Assembly: GCA_031459625.1 (NCBI GenBank) | Contig: JAVKIH010000002.1 | Location: 188,051-252,050, forward strand | DNA from: Candidatus Geohabitans tengchongensis | Lineage (GTDB): Bacteria; Sysuimicrobiota; Sysuimicrobiia; Sysuimicrobiales; Humicultoraceae | Direction of reading: 5' to 3' | DNA length: 64,000 nucleotides | Shown: in pieces, positions 57,685 to 64,000 of the stretch | How the letters are laid out: every line of letters begins with the position of its first letter | How positions within the stretch are numbered: position 1 is the first letter of the stretch | Notes under the pieces: generated by a model | The model's database searches: none | Seen by the model: the letters and a program-made list of their open reading frames with translations, nothing else | Told to the model about the DNA's origin: nothing | Made by a program: the position numbers and the translations under genes

Positions 57685-59039
57685 CACCACGCCTCCTCTC
57701 CGAAGCGCTCCAGCAGGCGCGCCACGAGCCCGATGGTCTCCGCCCAGTCGCTCAACCGGATGTTCTCGTTGGGGGAGTGGCCGCGCGCGTCCCAATACGA
57801 CGTGCCCAGGCTGACGATGGGGATCCCCAGCGTCGTCCCGAGCGGGTACATCGGCCCGGTGCCGGCCGAGGTGGGCTGCAGCAGGACCTGCCGCCCGGTG
57901 GCCTCCCCGGCCACCCGCGCCGCCATCTGGATGAAGGGGTGGTCGATGGGGGAGCGGTAGGCGCGCTCCCCCCCGAGCAGCTGCACCTGCATCTCGGAGA
58001 ACCCCTGGGCGGCGAAGTGCTCCTGCACCAGGCGGGCGATCTCCTCGGGGTCCTGGTCGGGGACCATGCGGAAGTCCACCTTGGCGCAGGCGCGCCGCGG
58101 CAGGACGGTCTTGCTGCCGGGGCCCCGGTAGCCGCTCTCCAGCCCGCAGACGGTGCAGGTGGGCATGAAGTAGAGGTCGTACTGGGCGTCCGCCCCGGTC
58201 TTGCCGGCGATGAACCGCTCCACCCCGTAGAGCCGCTTCAGGTCCTCCTCCTCGAAGGGCAGGCGGCGCACCGCCTCCAGCTCCTGCGGTGAGGGCGGCC
58301 GCACGCGGTCGTAGAAGCCCGGCACGCGGACGCGCCCCGTCTGCGGGTCCTTCAGGGAGGCCAGGGCCCAGACCATCTTCATGGCCGCCCCCTCGACGAT
58401 GGCCCCCAGCGAGGAGTGGAGGTCGCGGGAGGTGGCCTCGATGGCCAGGTCCAGGTAGCAGATGCCCTTGACCCCGGCCGAGAGGTGGAGCCGCTCCTTC
58501 ATGTCGCGGGCGCCGAACTCCCAGATGCACGCGTCGGCGGCCAGGCGGTCACGGTGCTCGCGGACGTAGCGCTCGAAGTGGACGCTGCCGATCTCCTCCT
58601 CCCCCTCGACCAGGAAGCGCACCCGGCAGGGGAGGTCGCCGCGCACCGCCTGCAGCGCCCGCACCGCGGCCAGCCGGGACACCAGGTCGCCCTTGTTGTC
58701 GGCGGCGCCGCGGGCGTAGAGCTTCCCGTCGCGCACCGTCGGCTCGAAGGGCGGGGTGACCCACTCCTCCAGCGGGTCGGGCGGCTGGACGTCGTAGTGG
58801 TCGTAGAAGAGCAGCGTCCGCCCGGGCCCGGGGAAGTCGGCCACGACCAGCGGAGCCGCATCCGCTGCCCGCAGCACCTCCACCTGCGCCCCCGCCCCCT
58901 CGAAGAGCTCGGCCACCAGCGCGGCGCAGGCCTCCACGCCCTCCCCGGTCGCGGCCACGCTGGGCTGGCGCAGGAGGCGCTTCAGGTCCTCCAGGTAGGT
59001 CTCCAGGTGCTGCCGGATGTGGGCCTGCAGGGGGTCCAC
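57684..59039 (-). CDS. M20 family peptidase/deacylase
   Basis: YDHYDVQP, RGAADNKG, EGEEEIGS, DLHS, HSPNE. Confidence 0.92.
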   Translation of the reverse strand: MDPLQAHIRQHLETYLEDLKRLLRQPSVAATGEGVEACAALVAELFEGAGAQVEVLRAADAAPLVVADFPGPGRTLLFYDHYDVQPPDPLEEWVTPPFEPTVRDGKLYARGAADNKGDLVSRLAAVRALQAVRGDLPCRVRFLVEGEEEIGSVHFERYVREHRDRLAADACIWEFGARDMKERLHLSAGVKGICYLDLAIEATSRDLHSSLGAIVEGAAMKMVWALASLKDPQTGRVRVPGFYDRVRPPSPQELEAVRRLPFEEEDLKRLYGVERFIAGKTGADAQYDLYFMPTCTVCGLESGYRGPGSKTVLPRRACAKVDFRMVPDQDPEEIARLVQEHFAAQGFSEMQVQLLGGERAYRSPIDHPFIQMAARVAGEATGRQVLLQPTSAGTGPMYPLGTTLGIPIVSLGTSYWDARGHSPNENIRLSDWAETIGLVARLLERFGEEAW

Positions 59040-59116
59040 CGCTCACCTCCCGTCACTCGCCGTGCACCGGGTTCCGCTTGAATTGGGTTCCGCCCGCGCT
59101 ACAGTTATCCCTGGTG

Positions 59117-60001
59117 ATGCCTCCTTCCCTCCCCGCCACGGGGCCCTCGCCCGGGGTCGAGGTGGCGGTACGCCCCATCACCGACCTGGCCACCCTCCGC
59201 CAGGTGGAGGCGCTGCAGCAGGCGGTCTGGGGGATGGCGCCGCTCGACGTCGTTCCCGCCCACCAGCTCCTGGCGGCGACGGCCGCCGGCGGCGTCGTGC
59301 TGGGCGCCTTCGCCCCCGACGGGACGCTCGTGGGGTTCTGCTACGGGTTCGTGGGGATGCGGGATGGCCACCCCTTCTTCTACTCGCACATGGCCGGGGT
59401 GGTGGACGCGTACCGCGGGCACGCGGTGGGGCTGGCGCTGAAGCGGGCGCAGCGCGAGGCCGCGCTGGCCTGCGGGCTGGACCGCATGGTCTGGACCTTC
59501 GACCCGCTGCAGAGCGCCAACGCCCACTTCAACTTCCGCAAGCTCGGCGTCACCGCGCGGCGCTACTACGTGGACTACTACGGTGAGATGTCGGACGCCC
59601 TCAACCGCGGGCTCCCCAGCGACCGGCTCGAGGTGGACTGGGAGCTGCGTTCCCCGGAGGTGGTGGCCCGCCTGGAGGGCGAGGGCGAGCAGGCGGACGC
59701 CCGCCGCGCCGAAGGACGCTGGGATGCCGCCGCGCAGGAGGCGCCGGCCGCCCTGGAAGCCACCGCGGGCGGACCGGGGCCGCGGCCGGGCGATCCGTTC
59801 ACCGACCTGGACGCCCCGGCGGTGCGCCTGGCCATCCCCGCCGACCTGGGCCGCCTGCGCCGGGAGGACCCCGGCCTCGCCCTGGCCTGGCGCGAGGCCA
59901 CCCGCACCGCCTTCCTCGCCTACTTCGCCCGGGGGTACGCCGCCGTGGACTTCCTGCGCGGACCGACCGTCGGCCACTACCTCCTGCGGACGGTCCGGTA
60001 G
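59117..60001 (+). CDS. GNAT N-acyltransferase (probable D-amino acid N-succinyltransferase)
   Basis: YSHMAGV, LKRAQR, WTFDPLQSANAHFNFRKLG, SDRL, WREATR; directly upstream of NSAR/OSBS. Confidence 0.85.
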   Translation: MPPSLPATGPSPGVEVAVRPITDLATLRQVEALQQAVWGMAPLDVVPAHQLLAATAAGGVVLGAFAPDGTLVGFCYGFVGMRDGHPFFYSHMAGVVDAYRGHAVGLALKRAQREAALACGLDRMVWTFDPLQSANAHFNFRKLGVTARRYYVDYYGEMSDALNRGLPSDRLEVDWELRSPEVVARLEGEGEQADARRAEGRWDAAAQEAPAALEATAGGPGPRPGDPFTDLDAPAVRLAIPADLGRLRREDPGLALAWREATRTAFLAYFARGYAAVDFLRGPTVGHYLLRTVR

Positions 60002-60007
60002 CCGCCG

Positions 60008-61114
60008 ATGCGTGTCGAGGCGGTGGAGCTGCGGGAGGTCCGCCTGCCGCTGCGCCTCCCCTTCGAGACCTCCTTCGGCCGCTCCGAGACCAAGGTCTGC
60101 GTGCTCGTGCGCGTGTGGGCGGACGGCGCCGAGGGGTGGGGAGAGGCGCCGGTGGACGCCGCCCCGCTCTACAACGAGGAGACGGTGGCCACCGCCTGGC
60201 ACGTGCTGGAGGCCTTCATCATCCCGGAGGTCCTCGGGCGCCCGCTGGAGCACCCGCGGGACTTCCCGCCGCGCGTGGCCCGGCTGCGCCGGCACCACAT
60301 GGCCAAGGCCGGGCTGGAGGCGGCGCTGTGGGACGCCTACGGACGCCTCGGCGGGCGGTCGCTGCGCGCGCTGCTCGGCGGCGTCCGCCAGCAGGTCGAC
60401 GTGGGGGTGAGTCTCGGCATCGAGCCCGACGTGGAGGTGCTGCTCGACCGCATCGGCCACTTCCTCGACCAGGGCTACCAGCGCATCAAGGTGAAGATCA
60501 AGCCCGGGTGGGACGTGGCGGTGGTGCAGCGCATCCGCGAGGTCTACGGCGACGTCACCCTCCAGGTGGACGCCAACGCCGCCTACACGCTCGACGACGC
60601 GGCGGTCTTCCGCACCCTCGACCGCTTCAACCTCCTCCTGATCGAGCAGCCCCTGGAGGAGGACGACCTGGTGGACCACGCCGCCCTGCAGCGGGAGGTG
60701 CGCACGCCGATCTGCCTGGACGAGTCGATCACCTCGCCGTCCGTGGCGCGCAAGGCGCTGCAGATCGGCGCCTGCCGCATCGTGAACATCAAGCAGGCCC
60801 GGGTCGGGGGGCTCGGGGCGGCCACCGCCATCCACGACCTCTGCCGCGCTCAGGGCGTGCCGGTGTGGTGCGGGGGCCTGCTGGAGACCGGCGTGGGCCG
60901 GGCAGCCAACCTGGCGCTGGCCAGCCTGCCGGGCTTCACGCTGCCGGCCGACCTCTCCGCCAGCGACCGGTACTTCGACGAGGACATCATCGACCCGCCG
61001 GTGCGCCTGGGCCCGGGCGGCACCATCGCCGTGCCCGACGGGCCCGGGCTGGGCGTGACGGTGCGCATGGACCGCGTGGAGGCGGTGACGACGCGCCAGG
61101 CGGTGTACCGGTGA
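60008..61114 (+). CDS. menC: o-succinylbenzoate synthase / N-succinylamino acid racemase
   Basis: FETSFG, RIKVKIKPG, VDANAAY, IEQP, CLDESI, NIK, WCGG.LE, DLSASDRY. Confidence 0.9.
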   Translation: MRVEAVELREVRLPLRLPFETSFGRSETKVCVLVRVWADGAEGWGEAPVDAAPLYNEETVATAWHVLEAFIIPEVLGRPLEHPRDFPPRVARLRRHHMAKAGLEAALWDAYGRLGGRSLRALLGGVRQQVDVGVSLGIEPDVEVLLDRIGHFLDQGYQRIKVKIKPGWDVAVVQRIREVYGDVTLQVDANAAYTLDDAAVFRTLDRFNLLLIEQPLEEDDLVDHAALQREVRTPICLDESITSPSVARKALQIGACRIVNIKQARVGGLGAATAIHDLCRAQGVPVWCGGLLETGVGRAANLALASLPGFTLPADLSASDRYFDEDIIDPPVRLGPGGTIAVPDGPGLGVTVRMDRVEAVTTRQAVYR

Positions 61115-61167
61115 GGCGGCCCGCCCGGGGAGGCGAGAGGGCAGGGCCGCCCGCGCGGGAAGGCGAT

Positions 61168-62304
61168 ATGGCGGGGCCGCACCCGCGAGTCGGCGACGCC
61201 GCGGCGGCCCAGGCCCGGGCGGGCGACGTGGCCAGGGCGACGGGCGCGGGTGCGCTCGTCACCGTCGAGGCGCACCCGTACAACGCCGAGACCCCGATGC
61301 GGGCCCTGGGTGCGCTGCCGACCCCCCCGGAGCTCGTCTACGTCCGCACTCACTTCGACCTCCCCGAGCACCTCGCCGACCCGGACTTCCGGGCAGCCTG
61401 GAGGCTCCGGATCGACGGGGCGGTCGAGCGCCCCCTCGACCTGGGCCTGGCGGACCTGCAGGCTCTGGAGCCGCGCCGCGTCACCCTGACGATGGAGTGC
61501 GCCGGGAACGGCCGCGCGCTGATGACCCCGCCCCCACCGGGCACGCCGTGGCGGCTGGGGGCGGTGAGCACGGTCACCTTCACCGGGACGCCCCTGGCCG
61601 GTCTCCTGGCCCGTGCCGGGGTCCGGCCGGGCGCCGTCGAGGTGCTGGGCGAGGGTGCCGACCGCGGCGAGGTGGCCCGCGGCCGCGTGGAGCCGTTCCG
61701 GCGCAGCCTGCCGCTGGCCGCCGCCACCCACCCGGACACCCTGCTGGCCTGGGCGATGGACGACCGCCCGCTCCCGCCGCTGCACGGGGCGCCCCTGCGC
61801 CTGGTGGTCCCGCGCTGGTACGGGATGGCGTCGGTGAAGTGGCTCGTCCGCCTCACCGTGCTGGAGGAACCGTTTGCGGGGTTCTTCCAGCGCGAGCGCT
61901 ACATCTACGAGGACGAGGAGGGCACGCCCCAGGGGACGCCGGTGACGACGATCCGGGTGCGCGCGGTGATCGCCGATCCCCCGAACGGCGCCCGCCTCCC
62001 CGCCGGACCCCTGACCATCCGCGGCACCGCCTGGTCGGGGGACGGTCCCATCGCCACCGTGCGCGTGAGCACGGACGGTGGGGCCCGCTGGCAGGAGGCC
62101 GCTCTGGGGGAGAGCCTCTCCCCCTACGCCGCCCACCCCTGGCACCTCACCTGGGCCCCGCCGGGACCGGGCCGCTACACGATCGTCGCCCGGGCCATCG
62201 ACACCCTCGGCAACGCCCAGCCGCTGGCGCCGCGCTGGAACCGCCACGGCTACGGCAACAACGTGGCCCACACCGTGAGGGTGGAGGTCATGGAGTCGTC
62301 ATGA
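61168..62304 (+). CDS. sulfite oxidase family molybdoenzyme (alternative GTG start 61111)
   Basis: NAETP, YVRTH, ECAGNGR (Mo-ligand Cys), HGAPLRLVVPRWYGMASVKW, WN..GY.NN. Confidence 0.9.
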   Translation: MAGPHPRVGDAAAAQARAGDVARATGAGALVTVEAHPYNAETPMRALGALPTPPELVYVRTHFDLPEHLADPDFRAAWRLRIDGAVERPLDLGLADLQALEPRRVTLTMECAGNGRALMTPPPPGTPWRLGAVSTVTFTGTPLAGLLARAGVRPGAVEVLGEGADRGEVARGRVEPFRRSLPLAAATHPDTLLAWAMDDRPLPPLHGAPLRLVVPRWYGMASVKWLVRLTVLEEPFAGFFQRERYIYEDEEGTPQGTPVTTIRVRAVIADPPNGARLPAGPLTIRGTAWSGDGPIATVRVSTDGGARWQEAALGESLSPYAAHPWHLTWAPPGPGRYTIVARAIDTLGNAQPLAPRWNRHGYGNNVAHTVRVEVMESS

Positions 62305-63461
62305 GGGTGGGCGGCCATGAGACGCCGGTTGGGGCCGACATCGTCGTGGTCGGCGGAGGGCTGGTCGGGCTCGCCACCGCCTATCACCTGGTGCGGGAAG
62401 GGCGGCGCGTGGTGCTGGTGGACCGCGGCGACCGCGGGCGGGCCACCGACGCCGGGGCGGGGATCCTCTCCCCGGCGGTGAGCGGGCGCGGGGAAGCCCT
62501 GGCCGCCTTCGCGGAGGCTGCGGCCGCCTACTACCCCCGGCTGGTCGACGCCCTGCGGGGCGAGGAGGCGGGCGAGACCGGCTACGCTGCGGCGCCGCTG
62601 CTCTTCGTCGCCGCCGACGACACCGACCTGGACGCCTTCACCGCCCTGAAGGAGATGCTGACCCACGCGCGCCGGGTGCCCGGACGCGCCCACCCCACCG
62701 AGGTCTCCCCCGGGCATGCCCGCAGCTTCCTCCCCCTGCTGGGGCGGGTGGCGGCCGCGCTCCTCGTCCCCGACGCCGCCCGTGTGGACGGCCGCCTGCT
62801 GAGCGCCGCCTTGCGGCGGGCGGCGGAACGGCGCGGGCTGGCGGTGCGGGCGGGGAGCGTGGAGCGCCTCCTCGTGGAAGGCGGACGGGTGCGCGGCGTG
62901 CTGGTCGACGGGGAGCGCCTGGACGCCGACCAGGTGGTCGCCGCCGGCGGCGCCTGGTCGCGGGCGCTGGGCGAACCGCTCGGACTGCCCCTGCCGGTCG
63001 AGCCGCAGCGCGGCCAGATCGCCCACCTGCGCCTGCCCGAGTCCACGGACGGGTGGGCGATGGTGATGGCGATGGACGACCACTACCTGGTTCCCTGGCC
63101 CGACGCGCGCGTGGCCGCCGGCGCCACGCGCGAGACCGGTTCAGGCTTCGACCCGCGGCCGACGGCCGGCGGCGTGCACCAGGTGCTCTCGGCGGCGCTG
63201 CGCCTCGCCCCGGGGCTCGCACGGGCCGAGCTGCTCGAGGTGCGCGTGGGGCTGCGTCCGCTATGCGCCGACGGGCTCCCGGTGATCGGTCCGGTGCCGG
63301 GGGTGGACGGGGCGTTCGTGGCCACCGGCCACGGCCCTGCGGGGCTGCTGCTGGGGCCCTATACCGGCAAAGTCCTGGCAGAGGTCATGCTGGGGCGCCC
63401 GCCGGAAGTGGATCTGACGCCCTTCCGGCCCGACCGGTTCGCCAGTTCCGGCCGGTCGTAG
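62301..63461 (+). CDS. FAD-dependent oxidoreductase, glycine/D-amino acid oxidase family
   Basis: VVGGGLVG, ATDAGAG, AGGAWS, PQRGQ, GATRE, RVGLRP, TGHG. Confidence 0.9.
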   Translation: MRVGGHETPVGADIVVVGGGLVGLATAYHLVREGRRVVLVDRGDRGRATDAGAGILSPAVSGRGEALAAFAEAAAAYYPRLVDALRGEEAGETGYAAAPLLFVAADDTDLDAFTALKEMLTHARRVPGRAHPTEVSPGHARSFLPLLGRVAAALLVPDAARVDGRLLSAALRRAAERRGLAVRAGSVERLLVEGGRVRGVLVDGERLDADQVVAAGGAWSRALGEPLGLPLPVEPQRGQIAHLRLPESTDGWAMVMAMDDHYLVPWPDARVAAGATRETGSGFDPRPTAGGVHQVLSAALRLAPGLARAELLEVRVGLRPLCADGLPVIGPVPGVDGAFVATGHGPAGLLLGPYTGKVLAEVMLGRPPEVDLTPFRPDRFASSGRS

Positions 63462-63499
63462 AGCATCAGTGTCCGCGTGCCCGGCTACGGGAAGCACAC

Positions 63500-63560
63500 C
63501 GTGCAGCTCGGCTCGCAAGGCAGCCACCGACGCGTGCAGCTCCGCTCGCAGGGCAGCCAC
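63500..63560. repeat. 33-bp-period tandem duplication
   Basis: CGTGCAGCTCGGCTCGCAAGGCAGCCAC (63500) and CGTGCAGCTCCGCTCGCAGGGCAGCCAC (63533); minus strand reads VAALRAELH twice. Confidence 0.8.
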
Positions 63561-63763
63561 TCTCCGACGCGTCCGCCGCCATCGCCGCTCTCCAGCCTTG
63601 CAACGCTCACCTCACTCCATCGTCCAGAACACGAACATTTGCGCCCTCCCCAGGAGGACTTTGCGGGATGTGCGGTGAACCCCCCCGTCGAACGCCGAGA
63701 CTGTGGTGGGCTGCGACGCCCCATGACCGGGGCGTCGCCTCGTTTTCTGGGAGGTCAGAGACG

Positions 63764-63907
63764 ATGGCAGAGCGCCAGGACGACCCCATGCGCCTCTGGG
63801 TGGGGACGTGGACCGCGGACGACGCGCGGAAGCAGGCTGAGGAGCGGCCGCAGCCCCGGCGCAAGGCGGTCGACCCGGTCGAGCCGGCCGACGACCGGCG
63901 GGCCTAG
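63764..63907 (+). CDS. small hypothetical protein, 47 aa
   Basis: GGAGGT RBS before ATG; MAERQDDPMRLWVGTWTADDARKQAEE...; GC3-rich codons. Confidence 0.55.
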   Translation: MAERQDDPMRLWVGTWTADDARKQAEERPQPRRKAVDPVEPADDRRA

Positions 63908-64000
63908 CCCATGTTTGACATTGACGGGGCTGAAACCCGCATGGTTGAGCCATTCCTGTTCAGGCAATTTCACTACAGGGCTCAGGGGGCGTGAGGCGGG

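Noticed and set aside
60008..61114. menC as evidence of a menaquinone operon
   Set aside because: No other men genes; GNAT and M20 neighbours point to the racemase role.
1..64000. CRISPR arrays, tRNA/rRNA, IS elements, prophage
   Set aside because: No regularly spaced repeats, RNA-gene signatures, transposase, integrase or phage genes seen.

Overview
Very GC-rich (roughly 74-75% by eye), densely coding bacterial chromosomal segment with about 64 protein genes. I found no rRNA, tRNA, CRISPR array, transposase or integrase. The content (stalk-domain protein, several peptide ABC systems, archaeal-type genes) suggests a thermophilic Terrabacteria lineage such as Armatimonadota/CSP1-3; this is inference only. 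Main blocks: (1) a his operon hisZ-G-C-B-H-A-F-IE lacking hisD, preceded by a sigma70 promoter, a HisR-like palindrome, FTR1 and a YerC/HisR repressor gene; (2) two paralogous peptide ABC modules (SBP-DppB-DppC) without ATPase genes; (3) ocd-pepA, a YerA-type adenine deaminase homologue and a DRG-like GTPase; (4) a minus-strand operon M16A-M16B-fno-cofE-enolase ending in a fusion of an archaeal adenylate-kinase-like domain with a nucleoside-deoxyribosyltransferase-like domain; (5) AlkZ-like gene, dinB and a membrane protein with two PmoC/AmoC-like D-x3-H-x12/13-H motifs; (6) corA-pncB; (7) an Fe3+/thiamine-class ABC plus M20, divergent from GNAT-NSAR/OSBS-sulfite oxidase-DAO. Best candidates for undescribed biology: the kinase-NDT fusion in an F420-gene operon, the PmoC-motif membrane protein, the HisR operator, and CTG start codons at hisZ and dppB2. 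All family calls come from motif recognition by eye; no searches were run.
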